32,875 nt of DNA from an uncultured Methanobrevibacter sp. (GCA_904501935.1 CAJGDA010000001.1:1-32875); one strand, 5' to 3'; shown: positions 1 through 10,163, numbered from the stretch's first letter. Notes: generated by a model not told the origin, from the letters alone. Numbers and translations: made by a program.

Positions 1-410
1 CGAGGCCCAATTGACGGCAGCAATACGATTTCACCATCAAAGACAACATCATCAGCTATGGACAAGTAATGTTCATCTGGATAGTTTCCATCTGGACATC
101 TAGGATCAACTTCTAAAGGTTCAAGGCCTAACAATTGAGGTATATCAATGTTTGTGTGAATACCTGGAGCCAAAAATACAGGAAGCGCAATTATTTTATC
201 TAAATCTTCAACTTCTACCTTCAATATTTCAACAGCACCGGCAATAGTAGGTTCTGAAACCTTCATGTAACCTATTTCAGCAGCAATACCAGACTTGTTG
301 ATGAATTTTTCCTTAATTTCTTCGAATACTTCTTCTGCATAAGGCAAGGTACTTCCATGACTTACCAAAATTACAGCGGAACTATTTGATGACTTTGAAT
401 TTGTATCCAT
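1..410 (-). CDS. Sirohydrochlorin chelatase, CbiX(S)/CfbA family; runs off the window start
   Basis: Not in the ORF track. Hand translation from ATG at 410: MDTNSKSSNSSAVILVSHGSTLPYAEEVF...EIGYMKVSEPTI...LPVFLAPGIHTNIDIP. Has the HGS, GY(M)-x-x-x-EP and PxFLAxGxH motifs of CbiX/CfbA. Overlaps the upstream ORF by 29 nt. Confidence 0.85.
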   Translation of the reverse strand, partial: MDTNSKSSNSSAVILVSHGSTLPYAEEVFEEIKEKFINKSGIAAEIGYMKVSEPTIAGAVEILKVEVEDLDKIIALPVFLAPGIHTNIDIPQLLGLEPLEVDPRCPDGNYPDEHYLSIADDVVFDGEIVLLPSIGP

Positions 411-780
411 ATGAAATAACTCCGTCTTCTCCATCTTCTCTTACTCTTCTGAATACCATCTCTACATCGTCACCGATTTCGAGAGCATCAACATCACAAT
501 CAACGAGTTGTGTGGTCAATTTTGCACCTTCTTCAAGCTCAATTACAGCAACAGCGTATGGAGCTGATTTTTTAAAATCATCGGGTGCTGATCTAATTAC
601 TGAAAAAGTATGAATTTTTCCTTTTCCTGAAAATCGGAAAGGTTCAAGGTCTCCTTTTCTTCTACAATTAGGACAAACTACACGGGATGGAAAAAACAAT
701 TCACCACAAGTGTTACATTTTGAACCTATAAGATTATATCTTTGTTGTATATGACGCCATGTTCTTACAGTATCTGACAT
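382..780 (-). CDS. DUF35-family Zn-ribbon + OB-fold protein (partner of archaeal thiolase/HMG-CoA synthase)
   Basis: CxxC...CPxC zinc ribbon followed by an OB-fold (GKIHTFSVI...PYAVAVIELEEG...IGDDVEMVFR); RBS GGAGG upstream. Confidence 0.85.
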   Translation of the reverse strand: MSDTVRTWRHIQQRYNLIGSKCNTCGELFFPSRVVCPNCRRKGDLEPFRFSGKGKIHTFSVIRSAPDDFKKSAPYAVAVIELEEGAKLTTQLVDCDVDALEIGDDVEMVFRRVREDGEDGVISYGYKFKVIK

Positions 781-952
781 GTGAATCCTCCATATATTTT
801 CTAATAAGTATAATTTATCTAAAATAATATAAATAACTATTTTTTTTATTACTATTTTAGCTGAAATTCAAAAAAAATATTACATAATTTCACAAAATCA
901 TACAGTCGCACTTCAACAATCAACTTATAAAATCATCCCTAAATTTTTAAAA

Positions 953-1879
953 ATGAAAATCGACTCAAAAGGAAATATGATTGTAGGTACAACTGCCATT
1001 TTAATTGTAGCATTGCTATTTATTTGCATTTTTGTTGTAAGTTCAATAAATATGATTGAAAACAAAAATACTGATTTTAAAGCAAATGACAATTTCAAAT
1101 ATATAATTGATGACTATAGCGCCAACTTGGAAGTTCACGGACGAAGTGCAATAGATAAAGCTACCTCAAAAGTTTATAATGGTTTGCCTATCTTAAACAG
1201 CAGAAATCAAATCAAAAACAACTTGAATGACATTTTAGATGAAAAAAACGAAGAATATAACAAAAAATACGGAGTAAAAATAACATCTGAAACACTTTCA
1301 GTCGAAAATACAGAATCGCCTTGGAAAATCCTATTTAAAGTTAGATTAAATGTTGAAAAAGATGGTGAAAATTTTTCTAAAATCATTGAAAAAAACACAT
1401 CGATTGAAGGTTTGCGAGACCCATTGCCAATTGCAAAACTAACTGTATTGTCTGGAATCTTAACATATGATAATCAAATCCACTATAAAACTGCATTATC
1501 AGCTTACATGGTTTTGCATAATTTAAAATCTCCTGAATCATACATAGAAGCAACAGCTCCCCTCATTATACGAAAATGTCCATATGATCCATACATTCAC
1601 CATGGCGATGAGGGAGTATTGGATGATTGTCTTAAAAATGGATACTTTCATGAAAGTGCTGACGGAAGCTGCTATTTATGCAGACTGGAAGGTAAAGGAA
1701 AGTGTCCGCATTATGGGTTTGAAGTATTCATTCAAACACACACACCACTTAAAAATGAGTCATTATCTTGTTCTGACCATGTAGTTTTTGCTGACCATTA
1801 TAATGGTGAAAAGATTGACTCTGATGATATGAATAGCTTAATTTTAGATTCTTCTCATAGAAAAAAATACGGGTTGTGA
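953..1879 (+). CDS. Class III signal-peptide (pilin-like) protein with a Cys/His-rich C-terminal domain
   Basis: N-terminus MKIDSKG/NMIVGTTAILIVALLFICIFVV (charged leader, KG, hydrophobic helix). C-terminal cluster CPYDPYIHH..C..H..CYLC..CPHY..CSDH..H. Confidence 0.6.
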   Translation: MKIDSKGNMIVGTTAILIVALLFICIFVVSSINMIENKNTDFKANDNFKYIIDDYSANLEVHGRSAIDKATSKVYNGLPILNSRNQIKNNLNDILDEKNEEYNKKYGVKITSETLSVENTESPWKILFKVRLNVEKDGENFSKIIEKNTSIEGLRDPLPIAKLTVLSGILTYDNQIHYKTALSAYMVLHNLKSPESYIEATAPLIIRKCPYDPYIHHGDEGVLDDCLKNGYFHESADGSCYLCRLEGKGKCPHYGFEVFIQTHTPLKNESLSCSDHVVFADHYNGEKIDSDDMNSLILDSSHRKKYGL

Positions 1880-2730
1880 AAATGGACAATAGAGGAAGCA
1901 GTACAATAGAAATTGGAATTGTCTTAATAATAATTTTGTTGATAATCGGAGTATCATTAACATCATTTGAAAATACAACCAATAAAATTGTTGATTTACA
2001 GGAAAAAGAAAATATGGAGATACAGGCTTCAGAATTTGTTGACAATTTGATAAACAATCCTGGAGTGCCTAAAAGCTGGCATGAATCAGGCAGGGGAACG
2101 CCGGGATTGGCCATAATTAATGAAGGTGGGGAAATTATACCTAACAGTGTTTCATACTCAAAATTTATCGCTCTTGGTAAAAACTATAAAAAGCTTGTCG
2201 ATGAAAAATCATTCAATTCAAAAATTAAAACGTCGATGGAAATAATACCACAAAATAGTACTATTTCAAGTGTAAAAATTGGTTCAAGTGACTATGTAAA
2301 TAATGTATTTGTTGTGAATAGATTAATAAAATGCGACTTCTACAAAAAATATGTAATGAAAGATTTTGAAAATGAAGGAAAATGCAATCGTGAGCATGAC
2401 CAAGGTTCACATTCCTGCAATTACTTTAAGGTCTTTAAAGAAAACGTTGAACAGTCAGATTACTATCTGCTTGTTGATGATAATGCTAAATACCTCGTTG
2501 ATACGACAATTTTTAAAGGAAAACATTGGCAAAAATCATCTGATGCAATTTATTTAAATGATAAAATTGATTTCTACAACAACACAAGTGCTATCGTGTT
2601 CATTCACTTCGATAAACCACACGCAAAGGCTCTATTGGTTAGCGTTCCTAAAAATTTTGACAAAAACAAGATAGAATATGATTTCTTCAGAACAAATGAA
2701 TGTAAATTGATAGTAAAATCTTGGCACTAA
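1876..2730 (+). CDS. Class III signal-peptide (type IV pilin-like) protein
   Basis: MKMDNRG/SSTIEIGIVLIIILLIIGVSL: RG cleavage site, Glu at +5, hydrophobic helix. Start overlaps the upstream stop (GTGA). Confidence 0.7.
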   Translation: MKMDNRGSSTIEIGIVLIIILLIIGVSLTSFENTTNKIVDLQEKENMEIQASEFVDNLINNPGVPKSWHESGRGTPGLAIINEGGEIIPNSVSYSKFIALGKNYKKLVDEKSFNSKIKTSMEIIPQNSTISSVKIGSSDYVNNVFVVNRLIKCDFYKKYVMKDFENEGKCNREHDQGSHSCNYFKVFKENVEQSDYYLLVDDNAKYLVDTTIFKGKHWQKSSDAIYLNDKIDFYNNTSAIVFIHFDKPHAKALLVSVPKNFDKNKIEYDFFRTNECKLIVKSWH

Positions 2731-3998
2731 AACAAAGTACCTAATATAAGCAGGGATACTGAAATTAAAATCAGACTGGAAATTGAATCTGTTACGCTTG
2801 TTGAAATTGGAATAACAATATTATCTGGGTCAAAATTATGATTATAGGAAGTTGTTGAAATATAATAGACAACAAATGCCATTATTGTAACCAAAATTAA
2901 TCCTGATAATGTACTAATAGGAATAATCCTATCAAATCCAACACCAACTGTATCAAATGCTATAGATGACACCTCTGCAAGTATACCAATAAACGGATAA
3001 ACTATAATAGCTAAAATAAAGCAGATTACAAAATTATGAAGTGCTTCACCTTCCGGTTTGGCTAATGGTTCCACTAACCCTGAATGCAATCCTGATGATA
3101 GTCTTGCTCCTAAAATACTAATCAAACTTCCGCTTTCACCTGAAAATAGTGGAACTAATGTCAATAAACTAGGATTTGTCAGTAATGTTTCAACTGAACT
3201 GTTTAAAATTCCACCTGCTGAACCTCCTAAAAAGGAACATAAAAGCAAAATCGGTGTAGATTGCTTTAAAATAGTTCTTGTCTCATCTGACAAGCGATAA
3301 CAATGAATAAAACTTATCAATACTCCAACTACAATAACAACTAGCACAATATATTTTACAATGATATTTACATCTAATAAATTCAATATAAAAGTTGATG
3401 CAATAATAGCGGGCAATGTAAACAAGTCTCCAAAAGCTGCAATAATTGGGCTTGTGATATTATCCGGATCCCAACCATGCTCAAAACTTTTAAATGAAAC
3501 AAACATTGTTATAGGGAGCATTATTAAGTTAGAAATAATGCCTGCTATTGTACAAATCAATACAAAATCAATTACAGACATTGATGGTGAATTTAACAAT
3601 ATACAGAATATTTTAGCCACTATTCCTAAAAATATTGATAAAACAAGAGTTAAAACAAATGATGAAAATATATTGTTGTTTAAATCATCTGAAAATCCAA
3701 ATTCTGGAGATATTAAACCAATATGTAAACTAGAGGATAGCCTTGATGCAAATGATCCAAAAATATTTCCTCTCATGCCAATAGCTCCAGGAATAACTAC
3801 TAGAAGCCCCGGGAATGTTTCGAGGAAAAATGTCATTTTACCTAAGATAATACCAGCTATCAAATCTCCAATTGCACAAATTAAAAGAGCAATTAATCCC
3901 TCTTTGATAATATAGCTGCGTTCAGCGTAAAACTCTGAGAACGCTTGAGTAGATAGTGAACTGCGAATCTTCTTCTGTTTGTCTTTCACACATATCAC
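2727..3998 (-). CDS. MgtE/SLC41-type divalent cation transporter (two membrane repeats)
   Basis: Highly hydrophobic. Duplicated motifs GNIFGSFASRLSS / GSLISILGARLSS and GWDPDNITSP / NFDPDNIVIP. Confidence 0.85.
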   Translation of the reverse strand: MICVKDKQKKIRSSLSTQAFSEFYAERSYIIKEGLIALLICAIGDLIAGIILGKMTFFLETFPGLLVVIPGAIGMRGNIFGSFASRLSSSLHIGLISPEFGFSDDLNNNIFSSFVLTLVLSIFLGIVAKIFCILLNSPSMSVIDFVLICTIAGIISNLIMLPITMFVSFKSFEHGWDPDNITSPIIAAFGDLFTLPAIIASTFILNLLDVNIIVKYIVLVVIVVGVLISFIHCYRLSDETRTILKQSTPILLLCSFLGGSAGGILNSSVETLLTNPSLLTLVPLFSGESGSLISILGARLSSGLHSGLVEPLAKPEGEALHNFVICFILAIIVYPFIGILAEVSSIAFDTVGVGFDRIIPISTLSGLILVTIMAFVVYYISTTSYNHNFDPDNIVIPISTSVTDSISSLILISVSLLILGTLF

Positions 3999-4023
3999 TA
4001 CCCATAATCATTTTTTTCACAAC

Positions 4024-4623
4024 CTAATCTTCGTCTTCTAATTCTTCTGGAATATCATCTAATGAACAAGCTCCGGATGCCAATTTTTCAAGTAAATCTG
4101 CACCTTCATCTGTTCCTTTTAAAATTAATGTATCACCAGGCAAAAGTGTAGTGTTCTTATCAGGCCCATAAATCCAGGATGAACCTCTTCTTATTGAAAT
4201 TACTCTCATACCTGTACGGTTTACTAAAAGTAAATCTCCTAATGTATTGTTAGCAAGTTCTGATGATTCATCAACAATCACTCTAGCAATACTTTTATCT
4301 GATTCTTCCATCACCATTTTAAATACAGGATGTGGTTTAAAACCAGTTATAACTAAATCAGCCAAATCTTTTGCTGCATTAGCCATACTTTCAGTTGCTT
4401 CTGCAATCTCAAGCAAAGCAGTTAATTTTTCAGCATCTTCATATGACCTAGCCGCTACTAATGATTCCTTTTTGATTTCATAATTCATTGCATTAACTTC
4501 ATTTTCTAATGTAAGCACTTCTTCTGCAGCAGTTTTACTATTAAATAACACAGCAGAGTATGCTAAATCAACCATCAGTTCCGACATGTTTTTCATTTCT
4601 ATTAAAAGATTTTTAATTGACAA
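4024..4623 (-). CDS. PhoU-like + TrkA-C (RCK_C) domain protein
   Basis: N-terminal helical [17 protein letters not shown]-terminal TrkA-C ([11 protein letters not shown]...P...[10 protein letters not shown]). TTG start with GAGGT RBS. Confidence 0.8.
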   Translation of the reverse strand: MSIKNLLIEMKNMSELMVDLAYSAVLFNSKTAAEEVLTLENEVNAMNYEIKKESLVAARSYEDAEKLTALLEIAEATESMANAAKDLADLVITGFKPHPVFKMVMEESDKSIARVIVDESSELANNTLGDLLLVNRTGMRVISIRRGSSWIYGPDKNTTLLPGDTLILKGTDEGADLLEKLASGACSLDDIPEELEDED

Positions 4624-4633
4624 TTAAATTACC

Positions 4634-5707
4634 TCATAAGTCATTTGGATTAACATGCAATAAACATGCTTTTCTAAGTTTCAATAATGTTTTTTTCTTT
4701 GATTTTAAATCGTCGACCTCTTCTAAAATGTTTTCTAAAGGTTCTCTTAAACACTCAACTGCCTCTTTTGAATGCAGCCACATGCATTCTTTGCAGTTCC
4801 AAACATTCTTGCCTTTAATCCAAGATCCACCAGTTGTTGAATCTCCACAAGGATAAAACGGACAATAGCAGAAATCACAATATTGTCCATCATAATGACA
4901 AGGATAAAATTCGCATTCACGGTTCGGACCATGGCCCACTTCACCGTTCAAGAATTTTTCATAATGATTTCGTGATAATTCATGGATATCTGACCTTATA
5001 ACATATCCTCTCGGTGTTACAAGCTTATCATCCTGAACGTAAGTCAGATCGTTTCCAACAATCAATGTGCAAGACATGTTGACAATGTCTTCAGTCAAGT
5101 CCTTAATCTTTACGATTGTAGTTTTAGGCGGTTCATATGTACTATCAACAATACCTATTAAAGCATCTTCACCTTTAATATCTAAAACTGCTTGTTTAAA
5201 TCTTCTAAATGGTTCTTTACGGGTTTTACTAATAGGATTATATATTGCAACGATTAAATTAGCTTCAAGTGCATATCTTAATTTTTTCTCAATTTCGGAT
5301 AATGGAGTCAAAATATTGCTTAGGCTGATAGCTGCAAAATCATGCAAAGGAGCTCCTAAATGAGCTGATGCATAATTCAATGCAGAAACTCCAGGATAAA
5401 CTTTAACTTCAACACCGTCATATTTACTTACGATTTGATATAATACATTAGCCATTCCAAAGACACCCGGGTCACCTGAACTGATTAATGAAACGGTTTT
5501 GCCTTCAAGGCTTTTTTGAATAGCAAATTCTGCCCTAGCTATTTCATCACCCATGCCCTTTTTAACAATTTCCTTATCGGAAATCAAATCCTCAATTTGG
5601 TTAATATACTTTTTATAACCTATTATGACATCAGACTCTTCAATAGCTTTTAAAGCACCTAAAGTCATATTTTCTCTATTTTGACCTATTCCTATTACAT
5701 TAATCAT
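4634..5707 (-). CDS. cbiH: Precorrin-3B C17-methyltransferase (CbiH/CobJ) with a C-terminal cysteine-rich small domain
   Basis: VIGIG, IIGYKKY, ISSGDPGVFGMA, YPGVSA, GAPLHDFAAISLS, YNP, TPRGY motifs. C-terminal CEFYPCH..CDFCYCPFYPC..WNCKEC. Confidence 0.9.
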   Translation of the reverse strand: MINVIGIGQNRENMTLGALKAIEESDVIIGYKKYINQIEDLISDKEIVKKGMGDEIARAEFAIQKSLEGKTVSLISSGDPGVFGMANVLYQIVSKYDGVEVKVYPGVSALNYASAHLGAPLHDFAAISLSNILTPLSEIEKKLRYALEANLIVAIYNPISKTRKEPFRRFKQAVLDIKGEDALIGIVDSTYEPPKTTIVKIKDLTEDIVNMSCTLIVGNDLTYVQDDKLVTPRGYVIRSDIHELSRNHYEKFLNGEVGHGPNRECEFYPCHYDGQYCDFCYCPFYPCGDSTTGGSWIKGKNVWNCKECMWLHSKEAVECLREPLENILEEVDDLKSKKKTLLKLRKACLLHVNPNDL

Positions 5708-5711
5708 ATTA

Positions 5712-6212
5712 TCACTGGTATAATTTTAAAACTGAAGTTATAGTAATTGAATTAAGATTTACCCTTAATCCGCTTCCTTTAAAAGTGGCATCGCCTGCTG
5801 CAATAATCTTATAGGAAGGATCTTGACTAATAACAATTTGTCCAGAAGTTGAATTTGGTGAAGCGTAACCTAAAGCTTCAATAGAAACTGTTATGTTCTC
5901 ATTACCTGTGTCATCGCGAGTGGTAACATTCATAGACTCAACATTAACACCATCAACCTTCGATAGATTCTCCAGCTGCATCGCAACATCTTTCTTATTG
6001 CTTATGGTAACCGGAGTTGGATCTTTAATTAAAGCGTCATTAACTTTTTCAGGGTTAAAAAAGTTAGTGATTTTATCTATCTGCATATCTATTAGCCCCT
6101 GAACATTCGGAGCTTCAGCGGTAACAATTGTATATGAACTAAAGAGTCCTACTTCAAAAAATACAACAAATAATATTATAATTAAAATAATTCTAATATA
6201 TTTATTCGCCAT
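5712..6212 (-). CDS. Hypothetical membrane-anchored protein
   Basis: 166-aa ORF with an N-terminal TM helix; heads the minus-strand run containing cbiH. Confidence 0.7.
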   Translation of the reverse strand: MANKYIRIILIIILFVVFFEVGLFSSYTIVTAEAPNVQGLIDMQIDKITNFFNPEKVNDALIKDPTPVTISNKKDVAMQLENLSKVDGVNVESMNVTTRDDTGNENITVSIEALGYASPNSTSGQIVISQDPSYKIIAAGDATFKGSGLRVNLNSITITSVLKLYQ

Positions 6213-6351
6213 GTTATCACAATCATTATCTTATAATATGATAATTTCTATTGTTAATATATAATAAAGATAACTAAATTTCAAACAAAAATCAATTTTA
6301 AAAAATAAAATTCTCAAAGTTTATTAACGTAGAAAATAAAAAAATTAATTA

Positions 6352-7983
6352 ATGTCAACTAGTAAAATTCTATTGAAATTTGCAAAAAAAGGAATCAACC
6401 TATCACCTGAAGCTTATAATAGGGTTATTAATGCTGAAAATCCAATTGATTTTGCATCTTCACTAATAGTTAAACTAAAAAGTGATAAATTCACTTCGAA
6501 GGATTTAGTTTCCGTTAGCGGTGAAATGGTTGATGAAATTACAGGTACTAAAAAAGAAAAGACAGACGACATAAAAGTTACACCCGATGAAACACCACTA
6601 ACCGAATTAGAAGATCCAAAAAAGGAAGTATCCCCAATTGAAGAATTGAAAAAAGATAGTGACAAGCAGGAAAAACATGTAAATGAAGAAATATTAAAAG
6701 CTTCTGAAACTGTTGAGGATACTAAAATTAAATTCAAAAGAAATGAAAAGAAGACCAACGTCAAATATGACTTTAAAATCCTGCAGGACACTTCCAAAAA
6801 ATCATACACAAGCGGGGAACTTGAAAACCTCATCGCTTATTTCAAAAGCAGATATGAAAAGCTTGCCAATATACTACAAAAAAGACCTGAGCTCAGGAAT
6901 TTCACAAAAATAGCTGATATTGACGATTCACAAGAAAACTTAACCCTAATTTTAATGGTCCGTGAAATCAGAACAAGTAAAAACGGTCATAAAATCGTTG
7001 AATTTGAAGATGATACCGGAAGCATTTCAATATTATTCACAAACAAAAACGAAGAATTATTTGCTGATGCTGAAAAACTCGTGAAGGATGAGGTTGTCGG
7101 CGTCATTGCAAACAAAAGTAACGATTCAAACTTTGCATTCGGTCAGCAAATTATCTATCCAGGCGTTTTAAGAATTCCTGAAAAGGAAATGGACTTTGGA
7201 ATTGTATTTTTATCAGACGTTCACATTGGAAGCTTGACATTTCTAGAAGATGCATTCCAAAGATTTATTGATTGGATCAACTGTGAATATGGTTCAGAAG
7301 ATCAAAGAAGAGTAGCCGAAGATGTCAAATATCTCATCATAGGCGGGGATATAGTAGACGGAATAGGCGTATATCCAAATCAGGAAAAAGAACTGGCAAT
7401 TAAAGACATAACACAACAATACAATGAAGCTGCCAAATTTTTAGGAAATATCAGAAGCGATATCAAAATTATCATTGCTCCTGGAAACCACGACGCATCT
7501 AGGGTGGCTGAACCACAACCGGCGGTGCCTCAAGAATATGCAAAAGCATTGTATGAACTCGACAATGTCGAATTTATTTCAAATCCGGGTGTCGTATCTC
7601 TTGATGGAATAAACGTTTTAATTTACCACGGCCGTAGTTTTGACGATCTTGTAATGGCTATTAAAGAATTTTCACATGAAAGAAACGACTTATTAATGGA
7701 AGAATTACTTAAAAAAAGACATTTAGCTCCAATTTATGGTGAAAGAACTCCTCTTGCATCAGAACTTGAAGATTATCTGGTGATTGAAGATATTCCTGAC
7801 GTCTTCCACACCGGCCATGTCCACATTAATACATACAGGAAATTCAAAGGAATTCATTTAATCAACTCAGGTACTTTTCAGACACAGACAGAATTCCAAA
7901 AGATTTACAACATTGAACCGACACCTGCTGAAGTTCCTGTTCTTCATAAAGGAAAATATAAACATTTCAAATTTATTGAATGA
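6352..7983 (+). CDS. polB: DNA polymerase D small (exonuclease) subunit DP1
   Basis: OB-fold (EFEDDTG) plus calcineurin-like phosphoesterase motifs SDVHIGS, GDIVDG, PGNHD, YHG, HTGHVH, NSGTFQ. Confidence 0.95.
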   Translation: MSTSKILLKFAKKGINLSPEAYNRVINAENPIDFASSLIVKLKSDKFTSKDLVSVSGEMVDEITGTKKEKTDDIKVTPDETPLTELEDPKKEVSPIEELKKDSDKQEKHVNEEILKASETVEDTKIKFKRNEKKTNVKYDFKILQDTSKKSYTSGELENLIAYFKSRYEKLANILQKRPELRNFTKIADIDDSQENLTLILMVREIRTSKNGHKIVEFEDDTGSISILFTNKNEELFADAEKLVKDEVVGVIANKSNDSNFAFGQQIIYPGVLRIPEKEMDFGIVFLSDVHIGSLTFLEDAFQRFIDWINCEYGSEDQRRVAEDVKYLIIGGDIVDGIGVYPNQEKELAIKDITQQYNEAAKFLGNIRSDIKIIIAPGNHDASRVAEPQPAVPQEYAKALYELDNVEFISNPGVVSLDGINVLIYHGRSFDDLVMAIKEFSHERNDLLMEELLKKRHLAPIYGERTPLASELEDYLVIEDIPDVFHTGHVHINTYRKFKGIHLINSGTFQTQTEFQKIYNIEPTPAEVPVLHKGKYKHFKFIE

Positions 7984-7994
7984 GGTCTTTTTAC

Positions 7995-8576
7995 ATGAAA
8001 AAAAATATTGCTGAAATAATTAATATATCAAATGAAATCTATGATAATGGATTAGTATCAGGTAAAGCGGGAAACATCAGTAAACGAATAAAAGGCAGCA
8101 CTGGAGACATTGTTGCAATAACACCAACATTAAAGTCACTGTCAAATCTAAGCCAAGAAGATATCGTTTTAGTTGATATGGATGGAAATGCACTAACTAA
8201 AGGAAACCCATCATCAGAAGTGAATATGCATTTGGAAATCTATAAAAAAAGACCCGATGTAAATGCAATTGTACATACTCACTCAACTTATGCAACAGGT
8301 TTTGCCTTTTCCGATAAAAAGATTAAAAGACTGGAAGGATTCGGTCAAATCAAAAAACCATATTTATCAGAAATCAAGTATGAAAAGCCTGGAAGCGATG
8401 AACTTGCAAAAAGTGCTAGTGAAAGCATTGGCGATGAAGATGTGTTGATTCTAAAAAATCATGGTGTGATTTGCGTTAGTGACAATTTAAAAGAAGCTAA
8501 ATTACTTGCAGTTTTTGTAGAGGAAACTGCCAAAACCCAATTCATTACTCATTTACTAAACTCATTTGAAGAATGA
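7995..8576 (+). CDS. fucA: Class II aldolase/adducin family (L-fuculose-1-phosphate aldolase-like)
   Basis: GNIS, ITPT, PSSE..MH..IY, HTHS, LKNHG motifs. Start placed at ATG 7995 after the GAGGT RBS (ORF track begins at 7980). Confidence 0.8.
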   Translation: MKKNIAEIINISNEIYDNGLVSGKAGNISKRIKGSTGDIVAITPTLKSLSNLSQEDIVLVDMDGNALTKGNPSSEVNMHLEIYKKRPDVNAIVHTHSTYATGFAFSDKKIKRLEGFGQIKKPYLSEIKYEKPGSDELAKSASESIGDEDVLILKNHGVICVSDNLKEAKLLAVFVEETAKTQFITHLLNSFEE

Positions 8577-8577
8577 T

Positions 8578-8745
8578 TTATTCTTCATCTGAAATAAAAT
8601 CGGCTTTATTTCTTTTTATCATTCCTTCTTCAATCATTTTAATGATTAATCCAGATAATGAAGTATCTTCATCAATTGCAATTTTCTTTAATTCTTTTTT
8701 TAGGTCCACTGGTAAATTTATTGTAGTTTTGCTTATATCTGACAT
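8578..8745 (-). CDS. Small ribbon-helix-helix DNA-binding protein (55 aa)
   Basis: Hand translation MSDISKTTINLPVDLKKELKKIAIDEDTSLSGLIIKMIEEGMIKRNKADFISDEE*. Beta-strand KTTINLP, helix, S-L-S-x-L-I helix is an RHH/CopG pattern. Below the ORF-track length cutoff. Confidence 0.75.
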   Translation of the reverse strand: MSDISKTTINLPVDLKKELKKIAIDEDTSLSGLIIKMIEEGMIKRNKADFISDEE

Positions 8746-8883
8746 ATTATATAATTACATTTTATATAAATATAAATTTTTCTACAATAGTATATTTACC
8801 AAAAACTATTTAAAGAATATAATAACATAAATATATTTTAATAGTTTTTAACTTATTTTTATAATTTATTTTGGAGGGGTATT

Positions 8884-9129
8884 ATGAGCAGTCAAATTGA
8901 TGAAGTATGCGAAATACTTGACTATATTGCAGATAATAACACTGTACCTCGTAATATTAGAGAGGCAGCTGGTGATTCCAGTAACTTATTAAAAGATGAA
9001 GAACAAGATCAATCAATCAAAATAAGTACCGTTTTAGGTAAATTAGATGAAATTAGTAACGATCCAAATATTCCTGTTCACGCTAGAACATTAATTTGGG
9101 AAGTTTTATCTAAATTAGAATCTATCTAA
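8884..9129 (+). CDS. UPF0147 family protein
   Basis: NTVPRNIR...LDEISNDPNIPVHARTLIW signature; GGAGGGG RBS. Confidence 0.9.
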   Translation: MSSQIDEVCEILDYIADNNTVPRNIREAAGDSSNLLKDEEQDQSIKISTVLGKLDEISNDPNIPVHARTLIWEVLSKLESI

Positions 9130-9149
9130 TTCTTTTTCTTTTTTTTATA
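9130..9149 (+). terminator. Oligo-T archaeal terminator
   Basis: T-rich run (ttctttttctttttttt) immediately after the UPF0147 stop, between convergent genes. Confidence 0.5.
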
Positions 9150-10163
9150 TTATTTTTCTACAGCGACAGCTATTGTAACGCCATCATAAGATGTTTTTTT
9201 ATAAATTAATTTTGAATCGAAACCTGCCATAATTAAGGCTGAAGGTTCACAAACACCATATATTCCGAATTTTGATTTTACAAACTCTGATTTTTGCACA
9301 TCATTGGATTCAAATAATTTCAATCTATCCAAATCAACGAAATTTACAGGAATATCTAATTTATCAGACAAATCAAGAATGCCTTGTTCATCCTTCTTAA
9401 TTTCTGCTGATGCTAACATGTTGATTCTTGATTTATGTATTTTCAAATCATTTATTGATTTAATTAATCCTTTATAAATTTTAATGCATTCCTTTCCACG
9501 TCTGCAGCCTATTCCAACAACTATTTTTCTTTCCTTTAAAATCAGCTTGTGACTGTCAAATTGAACATTAATTTCATCTTCACAAACATCTTTTGAATAA
9601 TGAATTGAAACATCTATTTCAAGTGTAACTTCATTCAAATATTCAAACAAATATTCAAAATTTTTATTGGGATTAAGTGTGAATGAAATTTCTTTCCCAT
9701 CAAGTATTGCCTTGTTGAAGAACAAAATTTCCTTTGGATTGTCAATTGACAAATAGAGGTCCTTTGCAATTACATCTATTCCCAATCTGTTATTGACATC
9801 TGTAGAAGTTGTAATGACTGGTATTGCATCAAGAAGACCAGCCACTTTTTGAGTTAATTTATTTGCACCACCCAAATGGCCTGATAATGTTGAAATGACA
9901 AAATTAGCATTATCATCAATGTTTAATATAGCAGGATCACTGACTTTTGATTCAATCAGTGGTGCAATAGATCTAATCAAAATTCCGGAAGCCATTATTG
10001 CAATAATCGCATCATATTCATAAAACAATATAGGGAAATATTTTTTAACATTCTTATGGTATAAATCCACTTTAATTATAGTTGAATCATTATCCAATTT
10101 TTCCTTTAAACTTAAAGCTAATTTTTGACCCTTGTCTGAAACGGAAATTATTGCAATTCTCAT
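9150..10163 (-). CDS. cbiG: Cobalt-precorrin-5A hydrolase CbiG
   Basis: MASGILIR, DPA, LSGHLGGAN, VITTSTD, VGIGCRRG, GVCEPSAL motifs. Confidence 0.93.
   Translation of the reverse strand: MRIAIISVSDKGQKLALSLKEKLDNDSTIIKVDLYHKNVKKYFPILFYEYDAIIAIMASGILIRSIAPLIESKVSDPAILNIDDNANFVISTLSGHLGGANKLTQKVAGLLDAIPVITTSTDVNNRLGIDVIAKDLYLSIDNPKEILFFNKAILDGKEISFTLNPNKNFEYLFEYLNEVTLEIDVSIHYSKDVCEDEINVQFDSHKLILKERKIVVGIGCRRGKECIKIYKGLIKSINDLKIHKSRINMLASAEIKKDEQGILDLSDKLDIPVNFVDLDRLKLFESNDVQKSEFVKSKFGIYGVCEPSALIMAGFDSKLIYKKTSYDGVTIAVAVEK

Noticed and set aside
3058..3915. Plus-strand ORFs of 80 and 184 aa
   Set aside because: Antisense shadows of the MgtE-type gene.
8573..8830. 85-aa plus-strand ORF in the track
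   Set aside because: Antisense shadow of the RHH gene plus AT-rich promoter DNA; no recognisable protein features.
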